Shown piece by piece: positions 1 through 9,222 of a stretch of DNA of 64,000 nucleotides. Below the pieces are notes generated by a model. The model saw only the letters and a list, made by a program, of their open reading frames with translations, did no database searches and was not told the origin of the DNA. Position numbers and translations under genes: made by a program. The stretch comes from Bacillota bacterium (GTDB lineage Bacteria > Bacillota > Clostridia > Saccharofermentanales > DTU023): positions 198 through 64,197 of the forward strand of contig JAEWER010000033.1 of NCBI GenBank assembly GCA_023389255.1. The letters are read 5' to 3'. How positions within the stretch are numbered: position 1 is the stretch's first letter; each line of letters starts with the position of its first letter.

Positions 1-1121
1 TGGTAATAACCGCTATCAATCAGTAATTCTTTGTAGTTATCCTTGTCTACTGCTTGCGGTTGTAACAGGAATGAAGGAACAACTTTGACGCCATTATTGT
101 AGGTTTCGGTGTCGTTTACGGGTGCCTCTTTACCTTGGCTGATCGCTTCCACCATCTCTACAACTTTAGCTGCTAGAGCACGAGTATCTTTGAAGACCGA
201 CATGGATTGATCGCCTGCCAAAATTGCTTTGACATTGGATAAGTTTGCATCTTGACCAGTAATTACAGGCATGGGCTTTTCTGCAGTACCATAGCCACCA
301 GATTTCAACGCTGATTGCACACCTAAAGAAACGGAGTCGTTAGAGCATAAAACAGCGTCAACTTTTTTATCGGTGTAATTGGCAGTTAAGATGTTGTCCA
401 TTCTGGTTTGAGCTTCTTGCTCATCCCAGTTAGGAGTAGCACATTGCTCTTTCGTGGTTTGACCAGACTGTACTACTAAGACACCTTGATCAATGTATGG
501 CTGTAAAACTTCCATAGCACCACCAAAGAAGAAATTGACATTGTTATCATCTAACGGACCTGTTGCAATCTCTAAGTTAAAGGGACCTTTTTCTTTCTCT
601 AAATTCAATGCTTTAACGATATACTCGCCTTGAATTTTACCGACTAAGGTGTTGTCAAAAGTTGCATAGTAATCAATGGCATCAGTATTCAAAATTAGGC
701 GATCATAAGAAATAACTGCGATACCATCTTGCTTCGCTGAATCGAGCACTGTGGTAAGAGCTCCACCATCGATAGCGGCTACAACGATTACTTTTGCGCC
801 CTTGGTGATCATGTTTTCAATTTGTGAAACCTGAGAATCAACTTTATTCTCGGCATACTCCAACTGAACTTTGTAACCTTTTTCCTCTAACAGTTTTTGC
901 ATGTTAGCACCATCTTGGTTCCAACGTTGCAAAGATTTGGTGGGCATAGATACACCGATCAAAATGTCGCTATTAGCTACATTGGTATCAGCTTGCTCAC
1001 CTTGTTCACTTGTTTGTGCCTTACCAGTTGTTTGAGCATCCCCTTGATTGGTTTTGCTACAGCCAACTAACAAACACATTGCCATGACAACAGCTAAAAA
1101 TAAAGCTAGTTTTTTGTGCAT
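1..1121 (-). CDS. Sugar ABC transporter substrate-binding lipoprotein (type-1 periplasmic binding protein, ChvE/xylose-galactose-binding-like); the C-terminus lies beyond the window start
   Basis: Absent from the ORF track because there is no stop codon in the window. Hand translation from ATG 1121 gives MHKKLALFLAVVMAMCLLVGCSK... (signal peptide plus lipobox LLVGC). It continues ILIGVSMPTKSLQRWNQDG, VISYDRLI, FFFGGAM, LCSNDSVSLG and ITGQDA, all typical of sugar-binding PBP1 proteins. Confidence 0.75.
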   Translation of the reverse strand, partial: MHKKLALFLAVVMAMCLLVGCSKTNQGDAQTTGKAQTSEQGEQADTNVANSDILIGVSMPTKSLQRWNQDGANMQKLLEEKGYKVQLEYAENKVDSQVSQIENMITKGAKVIVVAAIDGGALTTVLDSAKQDGIAVISYDRLILNTDAIDYYATFDNTLVGKIQGEYIVKALNLEKEKGPFNLEIATGPLDDNNVNFFFGGAMEVLQPYIDQGVLVVQSGQTTKEQCATPNWDEQEAQTRMDNILTANYTDKKVDAVLCSNDSVSLGVQSALKSGGYGTAEKPMPVITGQDANLSNVKAILAGDQSMSVFKDTRALAAKVVEMVEAISQGKEAPVNDTETYNNGVKVVPSFLLQPQAVDKDNYKELLIDSGYY

Positions 1122-1271
1122 ATTACTACCTCGCTCGTCTGCGTGCTCGTGCACGCTTTTATTTAAGGTTACATTTTGTACAAATGGTCAACAATGCACA
1201 GAACTAACAAGAAAAGCTCTTATTTTTGTGATCTTTGCACAATTAATGTGCTTAAAATGGTTTTTCTTGCA

Positions 1272-1301
1272 AAGAAAAAGCCCTCAACCTAGGTTGAGGG
1301 C
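1272..1301 (-). terminator. Rho-independent terminator of the S8 protease gene
   Basis: Minus-strand read: GCCCTCAACC-TA-GGTTGAGGGC followed by TTTTTCTTT, 19 nt after the stop codon. Confidence 0.75.
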
Positions 1302-1319
1302 AGAGATGAGAGAGAACAA

Positions 1320-4300
1320 TTAGTCTCTTCTTCTATTAGCGATTAACCACCAGAGCAAGACGCCACCTGTTGCAATCAACAAGAGCAAGAGAATCCACCA
1401 GGGGAAGCCTGCAGTAGAACTCTTTGCGCTTTCTGCTTTAGCCGTAGTAGTTGGCACTCCATTATACTTGAGTTCCGCCTTATCATTGGCTACCGATGTA
1501 GTAGCTTTGGTTGTGGCTTTAGTTGTAACTTCAGCCTTCGTTGTAGCTGTTGTAGTTACATTAGCCTTAGCTACATTAGCATTGCCCTTAGCAGGAGTAT
1601 TGCTACTTAAGCGATAGTAACGTGGTGTGCTATTTACATAACCATGGTTAATAGTTCTACCTCCATCATTGGAGCTACCACCACTATTAGCGTTGTTATC
1701 TGGATTTACTGGTTGCTCATTAGTGTTAGGAGCAGGTTTTTGTGTTTGTCCCGGTTTGCTCGGCTTCACAGGCTCGCTAGGTTTAGAGGGTTTACCCGGC
1801 TTACCAGGAGTGGTTGGCTTAGTTTTATCAGGTGTCGGCTTTTCCGTCGGCTTGGGCTCTGGCTTTTCGCCTTCGAAAGTTACACTGACAGTTACCTCTT
1901 GCTCACTTCCATCAGGCAATTGAACTTTCAACTTGATGTCGCGTGTACCAGGCGTTCTATCGATTTTACCAACAGGCTGTACACTAATCGGTTTCACTTT
2001 ATCACCAAGCGAATCGGTGATCTCTACTAAACCAGACCAATCGTTGTTGTCTGTCTTTACTTTGCCAGCAACACCAGAAACTTTGTATGCCACTTTAGCT
2101 TCAAACTCTAAGGTCTCTTCTGAGACATTTCCAGCCTTATCTGTAGCTCTTACCACTAAGGTATGACCACCAGGTGTGCTGATCTCAGTACCACTCTCAT
2201 AAGGTTGGTTATCCAACGAAATCTCAACAGTTGCTTCTGGGTCATCAGTACTGATATTCAGGATACTGGGAATGGTTAGCTTATCACCCTTGAGATTATC
2301 ACCACTGATGGTAATATTCGGAGCCTCCTGATCTAAGATAAAGCGATATTTCTTGGCAAACGAATTACCAAAACCATCGGTAACTTCAATCATTAGGTAA
2401 TCACCATCTTGTGAGGGTGCTGTGTAGCTAAAGTCTTGCTTAATGGCATCGCCACCAGGTGAAGCCAATTCTAAGAAATTCTTAACTACTTCACCATTGA
2501 TAAACAAGGTATACCCATAACCATTATCTGTGATGGTACCTGTGATATCAGTGGTTTCAGTGTTCGTGTAAATTGTGTCATCTGGCTCGATTTCTTGATC
2601 AATTGTTAACAGAGGTAAGGTCTTATCGTAGTAGACCATTAAGCCACTGTCATAAGCAATCGTGCCATCTGCTTCCTTAATTACCACACCGATATTATTC
2701 TCAATCTCTTGCAAGCTCACGAGATGCGAGAAAGTTAAGTCATCAGCCACAGGCACTTCCTCGCCTGCGATCAGCACTTGACCAACAGGACGGTTCAAAT
2801 GTCCTTGAACATTCAACTTACCATCTTCTACCAAGGCATGAGTATCATTGATGAACATCAAATGACTGATTCCACCGTCATACCAGACTTTCAGAGGAAC
2901 TTCTGTGTCCGAATTCAGTGTTTTAACCTCTGCAGTGCTTTCGTTGCCAGCTTCATCTATGGCACGAATAGTCATTTTGTTAGTCCAGTCAGCAGGTGCT
3001 TCACCCGTAAAATTACCACTTTCATCTACAGGTACATTCAAGGTAGAGCCAACGTTGACTTTAACCTTGCCACCCAAGTTGTCACTTACCGTACCCGAAA
3101 CACTAACCTTCTTGTTATCAGAGGTATAGCGCAATATTGCACCATCAGCAGGATTAGTTATCTTTAGTTCGGGTGCTGTAATGTCATAACGCAAGACCTG
3201 CGGAGCTACGTCAGTATCTTGTGCAATTACTTCATTTTTCTCATTTCTGGCCTGCCAGGTTAAGGTGTTACTACCTTCGTTTAACGCAACAGCTACTTCA
3301 AAGAAACCTTCCTCGTCGGGAGTAGTTTCTACACCCATTACAGTCAGTTTCTTAATATCGCTAGAAGCTGTACCGGAAAGCAAGAATTTACCATCTTCTA
3401 ATAAGTATTTATTTCTTGCGTTGACCCAAGCCTCATCCTCTGGCAGATTGTGGAAGTATACTGTTTTATCGCTCAAAGGCAAGATTAAACTACTGATGTT
3501 GTAAACACCATCCAAGACACCAATGGTTAAAACATGATGTCCTTCGCTTAGATCTGCTTTCTTGATCTTAACGATATAGGTATCTTTTTCACCTTCAACA
3601 GGCTCTGCTGATTGTAGGCGCTCATTGTCTACATAGTAGCCAACGGTGCCGTTGTCTAAGCCAATGCCTTCATCTTTGGCTTTGAATTTAACTGTAAACT
3701 CAGTATCGTCACTGTTTTGCGAAATGATCTCTAAAATCGGCTTTGTCACATCAACCTTAATAGGCAGATAGAGATATTGTTGAGTCGTCTTGTTAGAGAA
3801 GGTATCAGCAGTTAAACGGATATAGTATTGACCATCTTCAACAGCTTCATATTCACCAGTCTTTTCGTTGTAGACGCTACCATCCCAAAGACCATTGCTG
3901 AATCCAGAATCATGTTTTTCTGCGCTGTGTAATGAACGGCGAACATAGTCTTCATAGCCAATACGCACAACCGGTTTAGCGCTGTCGCTCTTTTCTTTAA
4001 CTACATCTGCGTGCACAGTTTTAACGTTACGCAACATTGCTAAAACAACTTGTCCAATATCGTAGTAACCGTCTCCATTGGGTGAAATAGCAATTTTTTC
4101 TGGATCTATTTTTTGCGAGAAAGTAAATATATCAAAACTTGCACCTAAGTAAGAACCATCTTTGTCGACTAAGCCTGTGTAATCATAAAGAGATTCCGCA
4201 TCTCCCTTAGGCTTATCAAAGACACCTTCCTTACCCCAGTCACCACAGAAGCCCATGTAGGGGAAGCTCAAATTAGGAGCTCCATCTTCTGACTTAAAGG

Positions 4301-6485
4301 TAATATAACCCTCAACAAACTGGTTTAAGCTAGCATTGCCTGTTGATACATTAACTGTTAAAGATGCCGTGCCATGTGCAGGAACTGTGAGTTTTTGCTC
4401 AGAGACAGTTGCACTAGCTCCCGACAACACACTTTCTTGTGCTGGAGAGTTCTTAGCTACATTTTCTGTATACACAGCACCAGGATCTACTGTATATGTC
4501 TTGTCTTTATCTGAGTAGTTAGTGAAATTCAATGTAAAGGAGGCAGAACCATCAAATTCATGCAAAGAATGTACACCCTTACCTTCATCACTAGTAATAG
4601 TTACACGGTTTTTGTAAGCATCCGATACATTAATTGCACCTGCACCTTGACGTCTTGGTGAAACTACCAGACCAGTACCGGCACCAGCATCGATCAAAGG
4701 TTTAGCCGTGTTGGTTAAACTCAGACGCACGAACTTTTGTAAGCCAATTTCTGGCTCAAAGCCATCAGCGCGTAAAGCACCCATTAACAAAGCTACTGAA
4801 CCAGCAACGTGAGGCGTGGCCATACTTGTACCTGACATTTCACCATATTCATTATGGTTTAAGGTAGATGTAATATTACCACCAGGTGCTGTTACTTCAG
4901 GTTTGAAGTTTAATTCTGGTGTAGGCCCAAAAGAGGTAAATGCTGAAATCTCTCTAGAACCTGTGTAATCAGGTAAGAAAGACATTTTAATCTTTTCGTG
5001 TTTGCCCAAAGCCTCTACCAATTTGGCGCCAACTTCTTGGCTAACTGCAACTGAAGGAATTTCAATGGACTCAATGCCAGCCATGCCAAAATTACCCTCT
5101 TGGTTATTGGCAACGATAGCACCTACAGCATTGTGCTCTTGTACTCGTTGCAATTTTTCAGAGAAAGCAATTTCACCACGACGAATAAAAGCAATTTTTC
5201 CTGTTAAATCTGACTTAACTTCGTCTTCTTTAGCTAAGCCTACATCTACCAATTCATACTCTGCTTCTTTGTCCCATTTTTCTTCTTGACCACCTACTGC
5301 GAATAAGAACTCAGACGGTTCTGTATCTTGATGCAGAATGTGACCCATAAAGCCAGTAGGTTTTGCATTGTTTTGCGAAGCAACTGTAAACGCTTCATCA
5401 CCAGTAGCAGGTGTACCTAAGGAGCCATTATCAGTCATACCAATAGTATTGACAGGTAATCTCAAGGTATCGCTAGCACCAGCTGACATTGCAGCATTAC
5501 CTGCTGCTACACAGCAGACCACGCCTGCTTCTGTAGCTTTTCTGATAGCAACAATTTCAGGATCATCTGGATTTGCAACACCATTGTCGGCACCCAAACT
5601 CATGTTGATAACATCAGCGCCTAAACGCACTGATTCTTCAATGGCTTTAACCACTACGTCTGAGAAAGCCGATTGATCGCTCTCATCATTAGAGAATACT
5701 TTCATGGCCAACAGCTGTGCCTCGGGTGCCACACCTCTGATGCCCTTCTCTGCTTTTAAATCTTCGTCGGTCGCATTAGCAGCTACGATACCCGCAACGT
5801 GCATACCATGCATACTTTTGCCTAGTTCGTCTCTATCAATTACGACGTCGTTACCATCAGCAAAGTTATAGCCATAAGGAACTTTAGCAGTGTACTGCGT
5901 TTCTGTACCCTGTTTAATATCCTTGATTTTAGCTTTAGACGGATCACTCAAGCGCATATCTTTATGTGTGACATCAATACCCGTATCGATAATGGAGATA
6001 ACCATACCCTCACCTGCATGAGAGCCAAATTCTTTACTCCATAAATCAGCTGCTTTTGATAATTCAACAGCATCTGCCATCACAGGAATCATTTTTTTGG
6101 CATAACTTACTTTGCTAACACCATCAATAGCTCTGATTTCACTTACATATTTACGAGCAATATCTAAGCTGAAGCCATTCAACAAATAGTCAAATTCTTG
6201 ACGGAACGTAGCCTTATCTGAAAGCTCCTTGATCTTGGCTTCAATTGCACTGTGATTACCATTAGTTTGTACGATGACACGTACAATTTCTTCTGGATCA
6301 CCCTGATCGGCAGAAACACGCTCAGTATTTTTAGCTACGTCTTCTATAAAGCGTTTTTCTTGCTCTGTAAGAGTTTTAGCCGGTAGCTTATGTGTTTTAG
6401 CTTCTACTAGAGGAGAAGGTAGAAGTGAAAGCATAAGTAAACCAGCTGTAAACAAACTGACAAGCTTTTGCTTCTTTAAGCTCAT
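1320..6485 (-). CDS. Cell-envelope S8 (subtilisin-family) serine protease, lactocepin/C5a-peptidase-like. It has a PA-domain insert, multiple Ig/Fn3-like domains, a Pro-rich spacer and a C-terminal TM anchor.
   Basis: Catalytic triad contexts: ISIIDTGID (Asp), HGMHVAGIV (His), SGTSMATPHVAG (Ser). PA-like insert: GKIAFIRRGEIAF...AVGAIVANN. Signal peptide present. KPEPKPTEKPTPDKTKP... linker, then WWILLLLLIATGGVLLWWLIANRRRD. Start moved to ATG 6485 (AAGGAG 5 nt upstream) instead of the track's GTG 6491. Confidence 0.9.
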   Translation of the reverse strand: MSLKKQKLVSLFTAGLLMLSLLPSPLVEAKTHKLPAKTLTEQEKRFIEDVAKNTERVSADQGDPEEIVRVIVQTNGNHSAIEAKIKELSDKATFRQEFDYLLNGFSLDIARKYVSEIRAIDGVSKVSYAKKMIPVMADAVELSKAADLWSKEFGSHAGEGMVISIIDTGIDVTHKDMRLSDPSKAKIKDIKQGTETQYTAKVPYGYNFADGNDVVIDRDELGKSMHGMHVAGIVAANATDEDLKAEKGIRGVAPEAQLLAMKVFSNDESDQSAFSDVVVKAIEESVRLGADVINMSLGADNGVANPDDPEIVAIRKATEAGVVCCVAAGNAAMSAGASDTLRLPVNTIGMTDNGSLGTPATGDEAFTVASQNNAKPTGFMGHILHQDTEPSEFLFAVGGQEEKWDKEAEYELVDVGLAKEDEVKSDLTGKIAFIRRGEIAFSEKLQRVQEHNAVGAIVANNQEGNFGMAGIESIEIPSVAVSQEVGAKLVEALGKHEKIKMSFLPDYTGSREISAFTSFGPTPELNFKPEVTAPGGNITSTLNHNEYGEMSGTSMATPHVAGSVALLMGALRADGFEPEIGLQKFVRLSLTNTAKPLIDAGAGTGLVVSPRRQGAGAINVSDAYKNRVTITSDEGKGVHSLHEFDGSASFTLNFTNYSDKDKTYTVDPGAVYTENVAKNSPAQESVLSGASATVSEQKLTVPAHGTASLTVNVSTGNASLNQFVEGYITFKSEDGAPNLSFPYMGFCGDWGKEGVFDKPKGDAESLYDYTGLVDKDGSYLGASFDIFTFSQKIDPEKIAISPNGDGYYDIGQVVLAMLRNVKTVHADVVKEKSDSAKPVVRIGYEDYVRRSLHSAEKHDSGFSNGLWDGSVYNEKTGEYEAVEDGQYYIRLTADTFSNKTTQQYLYLPIKVDVTKPILEIISQNSDDTEFTVKFKAKDEGIGLDNGTVGYYVDNERLQSAEPVEGEKDTYIVKIKKADLSEGHHVLTIGVLDGVYNISSLILPLSDKTVYFHNLPEDEAWVNARNKYLLEDGKFLLSGTASSDIKKLTVMGVETTPDEEGFFEVAVALNEGSNTLTWQARNEKNEVIAQDTDVAPQVLRYDITAPELKITNPADGAILRYTSDNKKVSVSGTVSDNLGGKVKVNVGSTLNVPVDESGNFTGEAPADWTNKMTIRAIDEAGNESTAEVKTLNSDTEVPLKVWYDGGISHLMFINDTHALVEDGKLNVQGHLNRPVGQVLIAGEEVPVADDLTFSHLVSLQEIENNIGVVIKEADGTIAYDSGLMVYYDKTLPLLTIDQEIEPDDTIYTNTETTDITGTITDNGYGYTLFINGEVVKNFLELASPGGDAIKQDFSYTAPSQDGDYLMIEVTDGFGNSFAKKYRFILDQEAPNITISGDNLKGDKLTIPSILNISTDDPEATVEISLDNQPYESGTEISTPGGHTLVVRATDKAGNVSEETLEFEAKVAYKVSGVAGKVKTDNNDWSGLVEITDSLGDKVKPISVQPVGKIDRTPGTRDIKLKVQLPDGSEQEVTVSVTFEGEKPEPKPTEKPTPDKTKPTTPGKPGKPSKPSEPVKPSKPGQTQKPAPNTNEQPVNPDNNANSGGSSNDGGRTINHGYVNSTPRYYRLSSNTPAKGNANVAKANVTTTATTKAEVTTKATTKATTSVANDKAELKYNGVPTTTAKAESAKSSTAGFPWWILLLLLIATGGVLLWWLIANRRRD

Positions 6486-6739
6486 ACGCACTCCTTACTA
6501 ATCGAGCTTTAATTCGGTATTTTGACGAACTAAAGACGATTTGTTAAATGAATGGTTAATTTTAGCATAATTGTTTGGTTGCTAATTGTTAATTTGTAGA
6601 CAGGAAACCCCTTAGCGTTTTAATCTCTGAATTTATAAAAATCAAACTCTATTTATAGATATCATTTATGCAACTAGCGACATTTTAATCAACGTATGTT
6701 ATAAACATTCTTTAAACGAAGAATATTACTGGAGGTTAT

Positions 6740-7396
6740 ATGAGAAAACTACATCGTAATTTGTTAGCACTAGGCCTTTGCTCTGTTTGTTTAACAGCTT
6801 GTACGCGAAACTCGACTACAACAACTCAAAGACAAACAACAATTACTATTACAGCAAAACACAGTAGTGCAACCAATTCCAGTACGCAGGTTAAAACTAC
6901 TTCCAGATCTGATGGTGAAACGGATATGCAAAATTTCAAACAAAAATTTAGTACCCTGCAAACTAAACCAACTTCTGATCTCACTGAACTCCCCATCGAA
7001 TATTGCCTGTTCAGAACAGATGATTTAGCTTCGCAAAATCAATTATCTGCCCCTTTAATCTTAGCTACATCAGACGATGCTAGAGCTTTTCTTGTTGAAA
7101 ACGAAGGCAACTACGATTTCAGTAAACCTGCTCATAAAGGTACAGACAATAATTTGCAGGATTATCTAAAATCACTAGGCGACAACTTTTGGCAGGAGCA
7201 TAATATAATTGTTATCCCTCAAAAAGCACCCAGTGGCTCTGATAGGTTCGAGATTGAAAAAATTTACCAACGGGAAAATAAAGCACTTGTTGTGATTAAG
7301 CATAGCAAACCTCTCGGACAAGGAACTGCCGATGTAGCAACCTGGCACTTTCTGATTCCTGTGCCAAAAGAAATAACTGAAGTTCATCTCAAATAG
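6740..7396 (+). CDS. Lipoprotein of unknown function, divergent from the S8 protease. The C-terminal ~60 aa are reminiscent of a PrcB-C-type domain.
   Basis: GGAGG 5 nt upstream of the ATG. Signal peptide with lipobox LTAC, then a Thr/Ser-rich linker. C-terminal segment: SGSDRFEIEKIY...LVVIKHSKPLGQGTADVATWHFLIPVPK. Confidence 0.7.
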   Translation: MRKLHRNLLALGLCSVCLTACTRNSTTTTQRQTTITITAKHSSATNSSTQVKTTSRSDGETDMQNFKQKFSTLQTKPTSDLTELPIEYCLFRTDDLASQNQLSAPLILATSDDARAFLVENEGNYDFSKPAHKGTDNNLQDYLKSLGDNFWQEHNIIVIPQKAPSGSDRFEIEKIYQRENKALVVIKHSKPLGQGTADVATWHFLIPVPKEITEVHLK

Positions 7397-7427
7397 TAGT
7401 CAGTATTTAGCTATCTTAAGTATCCTA

Positions 7428-7468
7428 AAAAAAGGCGACTTTCGCAAATTGCAATAGTCGCCTTTTAT
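7428..7468. terminator. Bidirectional rho-independent terminator between convergent genes
   Basis: AAAGGCGACT (7431-7440) pairs with AGTCGCCTTT (7456-7465). It is flanked by an A-run on one side and a T-run on the other. Confidence 0.75.
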
Positions 7469-7486
7469 GTCTCTAGTTAATTATCT

Positions 7487-9214
7487 CTACGGCTTTTGTG
7501 TTGTAGGTGTCTCCTTATTTTGTTCCGTCGCTTTGTTCTTTGCTTTTTCAGCTTGTTGTTTAGCTTGCTCTTCTTTTACTAGATCGCCATAAGTTTTACC
7601 TGTGATCAGTTCTAGAGCCTTTTGTAGTTGTGCATCTTGTTCATCAGTTAGCTGACCCACACTGTAGCCAGCAACCTCATCGCTCAAAGTTACTTCATAA
7701 TCAGGTGCTAAGCCTTTATCCTGAATATTTTCACCATTGGGCAGATAGTAGTAGAAGTTAGTAATGTTTACAGCACTGCCATCTTCTAAATCTAGGCTCA
7801 AGGTGCCAACACCTTTACCATAGGTATTTTCGCCGATTAGAGTTGCACGCTTGTAATCACGTAAAGTTCCTGAGAACAACTCACTGGCGCTAGCAGTATA
7901 TTTGTTTGTCAGAATATAGAATTGCATATCTTGCGACACGCCGGTAAAGGCATCAGACTTTTCTTCCTTAACATAAGGCATGCCTGCGTCACGGCCACGC
8001 TCTTCTATAATCTTGCCCTCAGGCAAGAGATAGTCCAACATAGCCACAACTTCTTTAACAAGGCCTCCTGGATTGCTACGCAAATCGATAACAACTTTTT
8101 TAGCGCCTTGTTGCTCTGCCTTGCTGATTGCTGCTTCAAAATTCTTGCTCACACCCTCATCAAAAGAAGTAACACGAATATAAGGAATACCACTGATCAA
8201 AGTACGAGTACGAATATCGGCATTAGTAATCTTGGCTCTTTTTAGTGTTAACTCCAGCTCTTTGTTGTGGCTGGGACGGAAAACAGTCAATTTTACTTCT
8301 GTGCCTTCCTTGCCTTTCACAAGATTGGTTAATTCAGTGATGCTCTTTAACTCAGTTACGTCTTTGCCGTCAACCTTGGTAATAACATCATGCACTTGAA
8401 CACCACTCTCGCTAGCAGGAGAGTTATCTACTAAATCGACAATTGTATATGTGCCTTGCAATCCTTGGATTACAGCACCAATACCACTGTATTCACCCGC
8501 TATATCAGCCTTGCTAGCAGCATTTTCTTCTGCAGTCAGATAACCAGTAAATTTACTGTCCATCTTGCTTGCCACACCAGCAGCCATAGCTTCGTAGATT
8601 TCTTCATCAGTTAAATCACGATAATAATAATCACGTAAAAGCTCGACTACCCTATCCAGCTTTTTTTTGGCACGGTCAGCAGCCGCTGGATCACTTTTGG
8701 TCTTTGTCTCTGTACCATCTTTTTCCTGTGAAACATCAGATTTATTCAGATCCGACAGATTAACAGAGGAAATATTAGAAAGCTCTAAGCCTGGAACAAA
8801 ATTTTTCCCCTGGCGCACAGACATATAGATACCGACAGCAAAGGCTACAATCAATAAAATCCAGGAACAATAACCGAGCAACTTCCACTTTCTGCCATAA
8901 CGCTTGCGGTTAGGTACATTGCGCAGAATTTCTTTACGCTTACCAGCACTATTAATATAGCGATCAAATGGTGGATCACTATCCAGCATCATATCTGGTT
9001 TAATTTCTTCTTGTGGCGGGTAAGGTAGATGCGAATCAAAAAGATAGTGATCAGCTTGTTGTTTCTGCTCAACCTTTTTACCACTATCAACTGTCGCACC
9101 CTGCGAGAAATTAGTCTCAGTGTTGTTAATATTAGTAACTACGTTCTCTTCCGCTCCAACAGGAACTTGAGAGTTTTGTTGCTGTAATTCTTTATTCTTG
9201 TCTTGCTCTTGCAT
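7487..9214 (-). CDS. S41 carboxy-terminal processing peptidase (Ctp/Tsp-like) with a PDZ domain, an N-terminal ~110-aa cytoplasmic tail and one TM segment
   Basis: PDZ-like SPASESGVQVHDVITKVDGKDV. IDLRSNPGGL. Ser-Lys dyad contexts TASASELFSG and TYGKG. Confidence 0.85.
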   Translation of the reverse strand: MQEQDKNKELQQQNSQVPVGAEENVVTNINNTETNFSQGATVDSGKKVEQKQQADHYLFDSHLPYPPQEEIKPDMMLDSDPPFDRYINSAGKRKEILRNVPNRKRYGRKWKLLGYCSWILLIVAFAVGIYMSVRQGKNFVPGLELSNISSVNLSDLNKSDVSQEKDGTETKTKSDPAAADRAKKKLDRVVELLRDYYYRDLTDEEIYEAMAAGVASKMDSKFTGYLTAEENAASKADIAGEYSGIGAVIQGLQGTYTIVDLVDNSPASESGVQVHDVITKVDGKDVTELKSITELTNLVKGKEGTEVKLTVFRPSHNKELELTLKRAKITNADIRTRTLISGIPYIRVTSFDEGVSKNFEAAISKAEQQGAKKVVIDLRSNPGGLVKEVVAMLDYLLPEGKIIEERGRDAGMPYVKEEKSDAFTGVSQDMQFYILTNKYTASASELFSGTLRDYKRATLIGENTYGKGVGTLSLDLEDGSAVNITNFYYYLPNGENIQDKGLAPDYEVTLSDEVAGYSVGQLTDEQDAQLQKALELITGKTYGDLVKEEQAKQQAEKAKNKATEQNKETPTTQKP

Positions 9215-9222
9215 AGCTCATC

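Noticed and set aside
1048-1323. Plus-strand 91-aa ORF between the sugar SBP gene and the protease gene.
   Set aside because: It starts with TTG, has no RBS, spans the SBP promoter region and the protease terminator hairpin, and has a low-complexity hydrophobic translation. It is most likely spurious.
6568-6597. TAATTGTT direct repeats in the protease/lipoprotein divergent promoter region.
   Set aside because: Noted under the protease finding, but not called as a feature. These are 8-mers in an AT-rich spacer with no supporting conservation data.
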